IMG/VR virus record: IMGVR_UViG_3300037222_000100
Location: 1-64,000 of that record
Direction: 5' to 3' (one strand)
Length of the DNA: 64,000 bases
DNA from: a virus
The position numbers were made by a program, and so were the translations under genes. The notes beneath the pieces are model-generated. The model was not told the DNA's origin. It saw only the letters and a program-made list of their open reading frames with translations, and made no database searches. Of the stretch, positions 9,516-19,036 are shown piece by piece. Positions within the stretch are counted from its first letter, which is position 1. The number at the start of each line of letters is the position of its first letter.

Positions 9516-9940
9516 ACACCCTCGAAGAGGAAACCGTAGGCTTTCTTGATTTCCTGTGCCGTAACCGGTTGGAGATCAGCGTCTTTGAGGATCGGGAGCC
9601 CAAGGAGACGCGCGATGAAGACCTCCAGGCGTCCGCCCTTCGACAGGTACCATTCCTCCAAGCAGATGATGGCCTCGATGCCTTCGTCTGCGATGAGCTT
9701 GACATCGCGGGCCAGGAAGTCGCCCCACGTCTCGCCGTTGTTCGATCCGGAGCCCGGTGAACCGTCCGGAGAAGCCAGTGCGGCTACTCGCGTTTTCGGA
9801 TCATCTAGCTCGGCAGGGGACACGATGTCCCAGTCGCCCGTGCTGTGCCAGTGCGCTGCGCGTTCATCGAACCGTGGGAAGTTGAACTGCGGAATGCCGC
9901 TCATCCGCCCACATAGGTATGCCTTCGTTTTTGTTTTCAT
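9512..9940 (-). CDS. DUF4406 / nucleoside deoxyribosyltransferase-like protein
   Basis: YLCGRMSGIPQFNFPRF..SPAE..W..SKGGRLE. Confidence 0.75.
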   Translation of the reverse strand: MKTKTKAYLCGRMSGIPQFNFPRFDERAAHWHSTGDWDIVSPAELDDPKTRVAALASPDGSPGSGSNNGETWGDFLARDVKLIADEGIEAIICLEEWYLSKGGRLEVFIARLLGLPILKDADLQPVTAQEIKKAYGFLFEGV

Positions 9941-9949
9941 GGTCCCTCC

Positions 9950-10084
9950 TTATAGCAGAAGGAGCGCGTTAGCCGTCGCAAGACAGACTGTCGCGACTCC
10001 CACCTTGGGATTGCCTTCTACGAAGCTTACGACGCCCAGGAGCGCGAAGCCAACGCAGGTCACGTAGATCAGTAGGAGCTTCAT
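9950..10084 (-). CDS. Small membrane protein, 44 aa
   Basis: MKLLLIYVTCVGFALLGVVSF...; two hydrophobic stretches. Confidence 0.5.
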   Translation of the reverse strand: MKLLLIYVTCVGFALLGVVSFVEGNPKVGVATVCLATANALLLL

Positions 10085-10089
10085 GCGAC

Positions 10090-10467
10090 CTATCGGTCCT
10101 CCAAGCTCACTGGTTCGCTCTGGTCTTGAGATGCGAAGCGATCATCCAGGTCCGGGTGATTGTCTTCGAAGTACATCAGGGCCAAAGCGTGAAACACGAC
10201 GGAGGTCAAGTGGTGACATTGGGTTTCTGGATCGAGAGCCTCGCCTTCCCAGAATGCCTTGGCGTGCCGAATGAGCGATGCGAATGACAAGGACCAGAGA
10301 TACCCTTTGCGCCAGTTGTGGTCGGCGTACTTGGTTGCACCAAAGGCGTAGAGTGCAGCCACCTTGTCCATCTCGGTCCAAGGGATCAGGTCGTAGCGCT
10401 GCAACTTCTGTCCCTTTTGCCCCCCGGTCTTCTCGTTGGTGATGCGAACCTCCGCCGTGTCACTCAT
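10090..10467 (-). CDS. dATP/dGTP diphosphohydrolase-like protein (DUF5664)
   Basis: RYDLIP..FGATKY..HNWRKG..SLIRH..DPET..HHL. Confidence 0.8.
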   Translation of the reverse strand: MSDTAEVRITNEKTGGQKGQKLQRYDLIPWTEMDKVAALYAFGATKYADHNWRKGYLWSLSFASLIRHAKAFWEGEALDPETQCHHLTSVVFHALALMYFEDNHPDLDDRFASQDQSEPVSLEDR

Positions 10468-10829
10468 GCCGTCTGCTCCTTCAATGTCGATAGTTGAATG
10501 TAGTGTCCGACGCGCTTGGTCGGACGTTGTTGCTCCGGGTCATCAGACTGCTTTGGCTCCGTCGTCAAGTCCTCAACCATGACGAGGGCACACGCAGCCC
10601 GCTTGCTGTGCTTGCGTCCGCAACGCTTACACCAGGTTGGTGTGCGCTCCGGCTTGTGCAGACGAACTGGACAAACGACGCTTGCTACCTTCGTCCACCA
10701 GGGGATGAGGGGATTCGCAAAGAACTCCTTGACGTTCTCCTCATACTCGTCGCGATCCTTCTGCTGCTCTTTCGGCAGATCACCGGCCGGGATGAACTTC
10801 AGCTTGTTGAGTTTGGCTAGCTTGCTCAT
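10464..10829 (-). CDS. Hypothetical protein
   Basis: Operon packing; CKRC. Confidence 0.5.
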   Translation of the reverse strand: MSKLAKLNKLKFIPAGDLPKEQQKDRDEYEENVKEFFANPLIPWWTKVASVVCPVRLHKPERTPTWCKRCGRKHSKRAACALVMVEDLTTEPKQSDDPEQQRPTKRVGHYIQLSTLKEQTA

Positions 10830-11041
10830 CAGTCAGGACCGCCTCCTGGTACCGAATATACCACAGGCTCACGACGGTACGCAGGTTGTGTCGCCACATG
10901 TAGGTTCAACCTGCCATCGTTCGCACTCATCGACCACTCGATCAATGCGAACTCGGGAGCATCCTCCCGCAGGTCGCGCTCCAGCATCCTCACAAGCACT
11001 TTCTCTAGGCGCTCGATGGGAGTACGGCGACGGAACCTCAT
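10829..11041 (-). CDS. Hypothetical protein
   Basis: Overlapping start/stop with neighbours. Confidence 0.5.
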   Translation of the reverse strand: MRFRRRTPIERLEKVLVRMLERDLREDAPEFALIEWSMSANDGRLNLHVATQPAYRREPVVYSVPGGGPD

Positions 11042-11235
11042 GTCGTCGCAATGCTCAGGAGGACATTGGGGTGCTGCTGCGCGACTCGCAGAGCATCTTC
11101 TTCGAACTCCTCCCGCGCGAGGGGACTCAGCGTCTCGCCGGTCGTGTCATAGAGGGTGATACAGACCGCATTCTGCTTCTGCTGGTACGTCTGGCCCTTC
11201 GACCTCTTGCCCTTCTTGACTGTTGGGACAGGCAT
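11038..11235 (-). CDS. Hypothetical protein
   Basis: AGGAGAGAGG upstream. Confidence 0.55.
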   Translation of the reverse strand: MPVPTVKKGKRSKGQTYQQKQNAVCITLYDTTGETLSPLAREEFEEDALRVAQQHPNVLLSIATT

Positions 11236-11283
11236 CGTGCCTCTCTCCTTGTGACTGGACTTGACGGCCCGCGTAGCGGACCC

Positions 11284-11541
11284 TTATACCTGCGGTTGCT
11301 CTGAACTCTCGACCAGACGCCACGGACAATCCGTCTCGCCTGCCTCCACTACATCAACCACGGGCCAATCGATGCGCGCGTGGGTGATGAAACCCTCCGC
11401 CATCTCTTCACTAAGGCCCTCGGTGGCTCTTGTGCCGAACGTATTGACCAGACGTGACGAACTGAAAGAACCCCGGTGCGTACTAACGGTCACCGTGCCT
11501 ACGTTCGTGTCGCCCTTGTATATGTCGTACGTGGTCATCAT
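11284..11541 (-). CDS. Hypothetical protein
   Basis: Downstream of TGCTACACT box. Confidence 0.5.
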   Translation of the reverse strand: MMTTYDIYKGDTNVGTVTVSTHRGSFSSSRLVNTFGTRATEGLSEEMAEGFITHARIDWPVVDVVEAGETDCPWRLVESSEQPQV

Positions 11542-11594
11542 CTATTATTGCCTCGGGATCGATAAAAGATTACGTGTTCGCGCAGTGTAGCAGC

Positions 11595-12926
11595 CTACTT
11601 GTAGCGTTGATCACGCCAGAGCAGAACGCCATTGACGTAGGTCGCATGCTCGATGCGGAAGAGCCCATCCGGGTGCAGCGTGACCGTAGCAAAGCCCTGC
11701 TGCCAGTCCGGAAGGACGGAGAAGTCCGGGAACTTCCGAACGCCTTTACCGCCCTGCTGATCGATCCGGCACATGCAGCCTGCTTCGGCTGCGGTCAGGG
11801 TCGTGGTGCCACCCTCGATGTCGTGCGTCGTCTTGTAGACGAGGGACTGCCGATGGGAGTGGCCGACAATGACGCTGTAGCCCAGGTGTTCGAGAGTGGC
11901 CAGTGCCGTAACGCCAGAGCCCTGTCGAGCGATCCAACCGTGACGCACGGCGAGCTTGCTGCTTAGGCTGATCTGCGCCATGTCGTATGGCCCTTCCGGA
12001 TCGACATACGTGATGCCTAGCTCATCTAGACGTAGCAGATGCGGGAGCGTGAGAACCTTCTCGTCCTCCTCGCCCTCGGGAGTCGCACGCTTGACGCCAT
12101 AGAGAGGCTGTACCGATGGCTTGTCGAGAAGGATGTTACGGATGCGCTCGTCGTGGTTACCCGGCATGAAGAGCCACTCGGTATCGAGGCTCGCCGTGCG
12201 ATAGCCGCGAAATAGATCGTAGCCCGACTGGACACACTCGTTGACCTTAGCGGTGTTCTCGGGATCGAGCCTGTGTCGGCTGATGTCCGGGAAGTCCACT
12301 TTGTCGCCGAGAGCTACGCCCTGGTCCGGCTCGTTCTCTTCTAGCCAACCACAGAACAGGTAATGCAGCTTCTCGTCATGGAAGGGTGCTTGCTGATCGC
12401 CCGTGACGACGATAAGCTTGGTCTTGTTGTTCGAGGCTTTCGCTCGCGGAGGGGCGGTCCATCCATCGGAGCGCGCAGGGAAGACTTGTAGCTCAGGACG
12501 CTTACGCTTGATATGGAGCTTCGCCTGGTGATAGGTGACCGGTCCCTCTTGGCTCGGTCCATCCCACTCGTTGACAGTCGCGCCGTCGATCACCCAGTCT
12601 TTGGGATTCAGACCGCGCTCACGCAACATCGTATCCGGGTCATCCAGCACAAGCCCAGTCCCGGCTGGCGTGGTCACGTCGGCCTGATCGCCATCGTGAT
12701 AACGCACGCTGCCCTTTCGTGAGTCCACCGGACATGGTGCTCCGATGTGATTGCGTTTCCGGAACCTACGAATTGACTTCTCGGTGGTCGGCAGATCGAG
12801 GTCTTCAGTGATGCGATGTGCCACTTCGCTGTTGGTGTCGCCTGCCTCTATCAACTGCTTGGCGAGAGAGAAGTATGGCTCCTGGTCAAGACGACTCTGG
12901 CTCTGTTGACTCACTCTTGTCATCAT
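11595..12926 (-). CDS. Calcineurin-like metallophosphoesterase with N-terminal HTH
   Basis: GDQQAPFHD, LGDKVD, GNHD, RHG, GHSHR motifs. Confidence 0.8.
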   Translation of the reverse strand: MMTRVSQQSQSRLDQEPYFSLAKQLIEAGDTNSEVAHRITEDLDLPTTEKSIRRFRKRNHIGAPCPVDSRKGSVRYHDGDQADVTTPAGTGLVLDDPDTMLRERGLNPKDWVIDGATVNEWDGPSQEGPVTYHQAKLHIKRKRPELQVFPARSDGWTAPPRAKASNNKTKLIVVTGDQQAPFHDEKLHYLFCGWLEENEPDQGVALGDKVDFPDISRHRLDPENTAKVNECVQSGYDLFRGYRTASLDTEWLFMPGNHDERIRNILLDKPSVQPLYGVKRATPEGEEDEKVLTLPHLLRLDELGITYVDPEGPYDMAQISLSSKLAVRHGWIARQGSGVTALATLEHLGYSVIVGHSHRQSLVYKTTHDIEGGTTTLTAAEAGCMCRIDQQGGKGVRKFPDFSVLPDWQQGFATVTLHPDGLFRIEHATYVNGVLLWRDQRYK

Positions 12927-15516
12927 CCTTTGGGTCGAGGTCTAAATCTGGGTCGATGTCGGCGTGAAGGCTGTCGATGATCGAGTACTTCTTCTGCTGC
13001 TCGATTCGAACGCGACGCTTGCTTGGGGTTTCCACAATGTACTCATCGCCGCTGGCAGTCTTCTGAAGCTCTTGGTTGTCCTTCAAGACGAACTCTGTCT
13101 CTGCTGGTGCGTCCACTATAGCAGCGGTCTTCTCCGTATCCTCGCGCTCCTCGGTAGCCCTAGCCTCCACAATGCGCCAAGCGATCTCATCAGAGACTTT
13201 CTGCTGATACGTCGCGGCATCCTTCGGCCAGTCTGCGTGAATGTCCTCTAGTTCCTCACGCGAGAGGTCCGCGTACTCGGTCGTCGTGCGATCAGCGATG
13301 AAGTCCGTGAACGCGAGGCCGAGGTCCGGGTTCTCCTCCATGAAGGCATCGAAGTCCGATTCCTTGCGTGCGCTGATCTTCCACATCGTCTCGCCCGTCT
13401 CCGGATGCATGGCCGTGTTGTAGGTCAAACCAGGACGGCGCTCGTTGGATACCTGGGGTACGGTACCAGCCGGTCCAGGGGCCATCGGGCTAGCTGCGGG
13501 TGGTCCGCCCCCTGGAGGCGCTGTGCCCGGACCGGCTCCCAATCCAGGCGGTGCTGGCGGCATGACTATCCCTGCGCCTCCTGGGCCTGCTCCTGCGCCT
13601 CCTGCGGCCCCACCTGGGGGTGCGCCTCCACCTGGTCCACCAGGACCCGGCATGCCCTGCTCTGCGCCCTGCGGGGCTCCGCCTCCAGCGCCCGGACCGT
13701 GGACCAGCACAGACTCGCACTCAGCCTTGAGGTCGAGCGGCACCGGCAAGCCCTGGACGGTAAGCGCGTAGTACGTCTCCATCTTCGCACGCTGCTGCGC
13801 GATGGTCTGTTCCTTCAACTCGCGATTGTAGGCTTCGAACTTGTCCTTGTACTTCCACTCGACGCCGATCAAGAGGTCCTCGTTCGGGAGCGGCACGCCC
13901 ATCTGACGTAGCTCCATGAGGAACTGACGCTCGGTCTGCTCGTCGCGTAGATCGAAGGTCGAGAATTTCAACTCGGGCACGAGAAGCTTCGGGACCTCCT
14001 TGATTTCCTTGTTGCCCTCCTCGTCGTAGATGACGACCCTTTCGAAGATCGGGACGCGTGTCGAGCCCTTCATTTCGTAGTCCTGATGACCCTGTGCCTC
14101 GGCGACAACCAGAGCGCGCTCTTTGTAGTGGTTCTTGAGCATGTTCTGGAAGGTCTTCAAGACCTGATTCATGAACTCGGCCTGGAGGGCGCTCGAAGCA
14201 TACGGCTGCGAGTTCGAGCCTGCGGAGAGGAGCGACGGGTTGACGCCGAAGACCTGCATGATGCGACGCTCGATGCGGTCGAAGTCGTCGCCCAGACGCG
14301 GCATCTGCTCGCGCCCGAAGACCGATGTGATGTCGAGCCCGAAGTGGTGGACCATGAGGCGGAAGTCCGACGACAACGCGATGTCGAGGTCGTCTCGAAC
14401 GGACTCAAGCTCAGAAGGCGTCGGCAACCACGGCGGTAGGCCATCGCCCATGTCCATGATGCCAAGCTTCGCTAGGATGAGCGGCGAGTACAAGCGCTCG
14501 GCGATAGCTTCCTGAGACGCGAGTAGCTTTTCCTCGTAGAGCAGCGTGCGGAGTCCACGCAGGAGGATCGGCGTGCCGTGGTCGTCCCAGTTGTTCATCT
14601 TGTTGGCAACCTGGCGGATCATCACCGGAGAGATCGGAATGTGCTCGCCCTTGAGCAAGTACGGGATGAGGTCCGTGTACTGCTCCTGGAGTAGGTACCA
14701 CTCTCGCGCGGGACTCTTGGTCTGAGCGATGCGGCGCAGGTAGTCCGGTGGAACGATCTTCAACTGCTGCGTATTGAGGAACGGGAAGTTGTCGATCACG
14801 ACATCCTCCGGGTTGATCAACTCCTCGTGCTCCCAGACGCCGAGGTCCTCATCGAAGGAGCCGAGCGGGAATGCCTCGCCAACGCACCAGTACTCGCGAC
14901 CGAGGGCCACGAGGAAGTCAGCGTATTTGAGGTTGTTGAGGAATATCTCCTCGTAGACATCGGTGAGCCCTTTGTCCTTGCACTCTAGCTCCATGCCGAT
15001 CAACGGGAAGCGAGTGAAGATGTCGATCAGCGTCGGCACCAGGTAATGGGTCGCGTAGTACAGACGTAGCCACTTGTGAAGCTTGTGGCGATGGCCCTCG
15101 TCCGCGACGTTCCACGGGAGGCCCGATAGGTCCCAGTACTCCAGTGGGTCATAGAAGCGCGGAATCGCGTTGTAGGCGTCGCCGCCCATTGGCGAGGAAG
15201 GATTGATACCCCCCGTGCGCTGCATCTTCTTCGAGAGGATGCGTTTACTGCCCATGGCCTGTACCTTGGCCTCGTTCTCCTTGAGCATCCTACGGACCTC
15301 AGGAGAGTTGAGATCGTCGCCGTCTCTGATCGGCTTGCCGACTGAGTAAGACAGCTTGTCAAGACCCACCCCTGCGGCGCGCTGAAGACGACGGGTCGTG
15401 TCAACGGCCTCACCGTATGACTGCGCGGCACGACCAGAGTGCCGGGGCATCACTAGACCATTTTGCCGAAGACGCTGCAACTCGGCGTCCAACCGCTTTG
15501 AATCATACTCGGGCAT
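12886..15516 (-). CDS. Portal protein with Gly/Pro-rich and acidic C-terminal extension
   Basis: Position downstream of terminase; LGREYWCVGEAF, GTPILLRGLR, RIMQVFGVNPSLL are portal-like. Confidence 0.75.
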   Translation of the reverse strand: MPEYDSKRLDAELQRLRQNGLVMPRHSGRAAQSYGEAVDTTRRLQRAAGVGLDKLSYSVGKPIRDGDDLNSPEVRRMLKENEAKVQAMGSKRILSKKMQRTGGINPSSPMGGDAYNAIPRFYDPLEYWDLSGLPWNVADEGHRHKLHKWLRLYYATHYLVPTLIDIFTRFPLIGMELECKDKGLTDVYEEIFLNNLKYADFLVALGREYWCVGEAFPLGSFDEDLGVWEHEELINPEDVVIDNFPFLNTQQLKIVPPDYLRRIAQTKSPAREWYLLQEQYTDLIPYLLKGEHIPISPVMIRQVANKMNNWDDHGTPILLRGLRTLLYEEKLLASQEAIAERLYSPLILAKLGIMDMGDGLPPWLPTPSELESVRDDLDIALSSDFRLMVHHFGLDITSVFGREQMPRLGDDFDRIERRIMQVFGVNPSLLSAGSNSQPYASSALQAEFMNQVLKTFQNMLKNHYKERALVVAEAQGHQDYEMKGSTRVPIFERVVIYDEEGNKEIKEVPKLLVPELKFSTFDLRDEQTERQFLMELRQMGVPLPNEDLLIGVEWKYKDKFEAYNRELKEQTIAQQRAKMETYYALTVQGLPVPLDLKAECESVLVHGPGAGGGAPQGAEQGMPGPGGPGGGAPPGGAAGGAGAGPGGAGIVMPPAPPGLGAGPGTAPPGGGPPAASPMAPGPAGTVPQVSNERRPGLTYNTAMHPETGETMWKISARKESDFDAFMEENPDLGLAFTDFIADRTTTEYADLSREELEDIHADWPKDAATYQQKVSDEIAWRIVEARATEEREDTEKTAAIVDAPAETEFVLKDNQELQKTASGDEYIVETPSKRRVRIEQQKKYSIIDSLHADIDPDLDLDPKDDDKSESTEPESS

Positions 15517-15970
15517 CTACTATTACCCCTCTGTTTCGGGCATTCTTGCTGGAGTTGCACAGGTTACAAGCGGGACGCAAATTGGCAGGCCAGCTAGAAC
15601 CGCCTCGACTCACGGGCTTTACGTGATCGATGGTTTTGTAACGTTGGCCCAGAAGGACATTGGCCTTAGTCGGCAGAGCTTCCCAATCACACCCGCAGAG
15701 ATAACACAACCCACCCCAAAAAATTACCCGCGCCATCAATTGATCATCTGTGTACGACCCCTCCGACGCGCGTCGAATATGGTTTTGTCGGCGTTGTGAA
15801 GCACGTACCTTTTCACGATTGTCACTACGCCATCGACGATCTTTAGCCAAACGAACCGCTTTTTCGCGGATTTGGGTTTGAGGCTTAGCCCGATATCGTT
15901 CTTTGCTTTCTTTATCAACGCCAGGATGACGTTGACGATATTCTCGCATCTTTTGTGCAGGCTGAATCAT
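15503..15970 (-). CDS. HNH endonuclease
   Basis: CYLCG..TIDHVKPVSRGG..NLRPACNLCNSSK. Confidence 0.9.
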   Translation of the reverse strand: MIQPAQKMREYRQRHPGVDKESKERYRAKPQTQIREKAVRLAKDRRWRSDNREKVRASQRRQNHIRRASEGSYTDDQLMARVIFWGGLCYLCGCDWEALPTKANVLLGQRYKTIDHVKPVSRGGSSWPANLRPACNLCNSSKNARNRGVIVDARV

Positions 15971-16132
15971 GCACCATGATCATAGCAGGTAACGAATCTA
16001 TTCAAGCCCAGGCGGACGGAAAGATCGTTGTACCCGGCTGATCAAGACGCTGCTTTTTCTCCTGAATCATCCTAAACAGCATCTCCGCTTCGTGTTGATC
16101 ACCGAAAGCCACAGCGTTTTTATACGCTTGTT

Positions 16133-16678
16133 CTAGCTGGTCGGGCTCCTGTGGGGGGGGGGCAGAGTGCCCAACACGCGTTGCACAGTCGCAACCGGCA
16201 CAAATCCGCCAAAATCACTGTGAATGATCTCTGCAACTGGATTCTTGTCAACGTCATCGGCGTGACCAATCACAGGAATCTGAACGCCCTCGGTGTTCTG
16301 TCCCTGCTGTGCGCGCTCCATCATTTCCGTCTGCTGTTCCTGTGCGGCTGCCATCGCAGCCTGGGGAGTAGCGCCCTGCTGCACGGCGCGTTCATACTTG
16401 AACTGTGCTGCCGGATGCATCTGATCCACCATGCCCTCGTATGCGCCCGGATTGTACGGCTGTGCCTGTGCAGCCTCGGGGGCGGGTCCGGCCTCGGGAG
16501 GCATAGATGGACCAGCAGTCTTGCTTTCAAGTGCGTCTAGGACACTCGCGCCATGACACTGCGAGCAGGCACATGAAGAGCCCTTGCACCCAGAGCAGTC
16601 GCCATCCTTACATGCGGCACATGTCTTCGCCATCTTGAGGAATTCATCTCGTTCGCTTTTGTTGAAGCGACTGGGCAT
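16133..16678 (-). CDS. Head-region protein with Cys cluster; probably extends to 16002 across a C10 frameshift
   Basis: ATG 16678 right after upstream stop; CAACKDGDCSGCKGSSCACSQC; C10 tract 16153-16162. Confidence 0.6.
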   Translation of the reverse strand: MPSRFNKSERDEFLKMAKTCAACKDGDCSGCKGSSCACSQCHGASVLDALESKTAGPSMPPEAGPAPEAAQAQPYNPGAYEGMVDQMHPAAQFKYERAVQQGATPQAAMAAAQEQQTEMMERAQQGQNTEGVQIPVIGHADDVDKNPVAEIIHSDFGGFVPVATVQRVLGTLPPPHRSPTS

Positions 16679-16679
16679 G

Positions 16680-18035
16680 CTAGCGCCCCGGTGTAGCGAC
16701 CTGGCCGGGGTCCCATTCAGTGCGCATGTTATCCGGTGGCGCTTGTGAAGCCACCGATCCGGTGCCCTGACAATCGTTGCATCCCTGTCCCTTGCAACGC
16801 GGACAGATTTCCTTACCCTGCGGCATCTCGGCAACGACACGAGTAGCGCTCCATCGCGCTGCTTTCTCAAGCGTCGGCTGAGTCACAGGACTAGTCTGTG
16901 GTCCCTTGGGGAAGGTTTTCGTAGCTGGCCCGAAGTCCTCGCCGCCGCCCTGGAAACCGGAGTTCTCTGACTCAGACGGAAGTGTCTCCTGCGTAGTTGT
17001 CTGCTCACCGATCTCCTTGATGGCGCTTGCGTCGCCTGGAGGACCCTGGTTCTTTTTGACCTGTACCTCGGTCGGGTCCTTCTGCTTGGTCGGGTGTTTC
17101 GTGCTCGGCACATCGATAGGTTTGACGCTCTCAGGAGTCCAGCGCTTCTTGTCTATCTTCGGCGATGGACCACCTAGATCGGTATTACCTGCGTCAGACT
17201 GCTTGGTCGATGCCGCTACCGCTAAAGGGACGGCATCCGCGACCGGCTCTACTACCGACTCCCCGATCTCATCGCCAGATGGGAACTCGATGATCTCGGC
17301 CTCGGGCTCTGTCTCAAGGACCGGAGTCTCCTCGTAGTCGCCTGGTTCATCCTGCGGAAGATCAATGACGTTCTCCTGCCCCTGGTCAGCCCGCTCCTGA
17401 CGGCGCTCGTCAAGCTGCTTCTGGCGGTCGTCCCAGTAAGACTGTGTGACCATCTCGCGCTTGAACTTACACTTGCCGCCCTCCCAGGCCCCCTGACAGT
17501 GATTATCGCCCCACGCGTGACTGGCCATCGCACTGTAACCCGCCTGCGGGTCCCCCGTCGCCAGACCGATGTCTACGATCTCGTGGTGGTAAGGACACAT
17601 CTTAGGCATGCGCGCCTCGTGGACCGATGACTCCTTCTTGTCGTCATCATCGTCCTTCTTGCCGAACGGCGGAGCTTTGTGATCGTCCTCGTCGTCATCC
17701 TTGTGCTCGTGCTTCTCATCCGACTCGTCGTCATCGTCGTTCTCCAGCCACGGCGGCTTGCCCGCGTGGCGGTAATGAGCGTGAAGAGACTTGATGAGGC
17801 CGTTTGCGTCCTCGTGCCCTACCTCGTCAGCAGCGACACGAACGATGGAAGCGAAATCTGCGCCGACCAGCGCGTAGCGAGAGTCGAACTCGTCGCGAGA
17901 CTGTGCTGCGACGAGGAACGTGCCAAGACGCTGGTCAATGCGCGTTCGCGCTAGCACAAGTGCCTTGCGCGAAGCTAGACGACTATCGCTGTCGTCTGAA
18001 GCTAGTACTTCGAAGATGCCTGCGTGGGCGCTCAT
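16680..18035 (-). CDS. Acidic low-complexity head-region protein (scaffold/internal-protein-like)
   Basis: Between terminase and portal; KPPWLE..DDD tracts; C-terminal CPRCKGQGCNDCQGTG. Confidence 0.55.
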   Translation of the reverse strand: MSAHAGIFEVLASDDSDSRLASRKALVLARTRIDQRLGTFLVAAQSRDEFDSRYALVGADFASIVRVAADEVGHEDANGLIKSLHAHYRHAGKPPWLENDDDDESDEKHEHKDDDEDDHKAPPFGKKDDDDDKKESSVHEARMPKMCPYHHEIVDIGLATGDPQAGYSAMASHAWGDNHCQGAWEGGKCKFKREMVTQSYWDDRQKQLDERRQERADQGQENVIDLPQDEPGDYEETPVLETEPEAEIIEFPSGDEIGESVVEPVADAVPLAVAASTKQSDAGNTDLGGPSPKIDKKRWTPESVKPIDVPSTKHPTKQKDPTEVQVKKNQGPPGDASAIKEIGEQTTTQETLPSESENSGFQGGGEDFGPATKTFPKGPQTSPVTQPTLEKAARWSATRVVAEMPQGKEICPRCKGQGCNDCQGTGSVASQAPPDNMRTEWDPGQVATPGR

Positions 18036-19033
18036 TAGCTGAACAGAGCCTCATCCGGAAAGTCATCGCTGGCCTCCTTCGCCACAGCCGCCTCCTTGAC
18101 GTGCTGCTTACGATCCTTCAACTCGTCACGGCGGGCTAGCTCAACTTTGGCTAGGAACTGGCTACGGTACTTCTCAAGCTCCTCGCCGCGAAGTCCAGCA
18201 GTCTTCGAAACGATGTGCGAGAGAGCAAGCTCGCGCGTTACTGCTGCATCGCCGAGTGCGCCTGTATCAAGCTCAGTGACGAACTGTCCAGGCTCCTCGG
18301 TGAGTAGCTTGTCAAAGTCCTGTGCCTCGCTCTCAGCAACCATCTCGTCCACCGTGTCATCAAGCCACGTACCATTGCTGCGTCCAAGGTCGGCCTGCTC
18401 AGCTACGCCGAAGTCATACGGAGCAGGCGGCGAGAATGTCTCAGCGTCAGCCTGCTCTAGGTGCTCAAGAGCTTCCTTGACCTCGCGCTTCTCGTGCTCG
18501 GCTGCGATGACGATATCGTTGAGCTTGATCTCGTCTGCGTTAGCCACGCCACTCTGAATGACGGAGCCCGCCTTGACGACTAGTCCGTCGAGGACGGTAA
18601 TGCGATGAGCAAGCGACTCCTTGCTGCCCTCAGGGACCTCGTTGAGGGTTTTCTCCAAGTACTCCAGCGCGCTCTCGGACTGTGCAGCCTCGATGCGCTG
18701 GTAGTCGATCTTCTCGTCGTTGCCTGCATGCGCCTCATAACGCGCAATGCGGCCATTCTCTAGGCGGACGGTGATGAGCTTCTCTCCCCATTGGCCATCG
18801 TGCCTGCCAAGGATTTCACCCTTGAGCCCGCTGGGAGTGACGATGTGTGTCGCTGACGACTTTTTCTTCTCCGCCGCTACGCCATCGCGCTCCTTGCTCA
18901 GGTTATCAAGGTAGTCAACTGCGCTCTCCTCCACCTTCGCAAAGCTGGTGCCAGAGGCAATAACTCGATCCTCGAAGAAGGCGAGAATCTGTGATCCCTC
19001 GCGAACGAACGTGGGTGTGTAGGTTGCCATCAC
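18035..19033 (-). CDS. Head-region hypothetical protein
   Basis: 332-aa ORF overlapping the next start. Confidence 0.6.
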   Translation of the reverse strand: MMATYTPTFVREGSQILAFFEDRVIASGTSFAKVEESAVDYLDNLSKERDGVAAEKKKSSATHIVTPSGLKGEILGRHDGQWGEKLITVRLENGRIARYEAHAGNDEKIDYQRIEAAQSESALEYLEKTLNEVPEGSKESLAHRITVLDGLVVKAGSVIQSGVANADEIKLNDIVIAAEHEKREVKEALEHLEQADAETFSPPAPYDFGVAEQADLGRSNGTWLDDTVDEMVAESEAQDFDKLLTEEPGQFVTELDTGALGDAAVTRELALSHIVSKTAGLRGEELEKYRSQFLAKVELARRDELKDRKQHVKEAAVAKEASDDFPDEALFS

Positions 19034-19036
19034 TCG

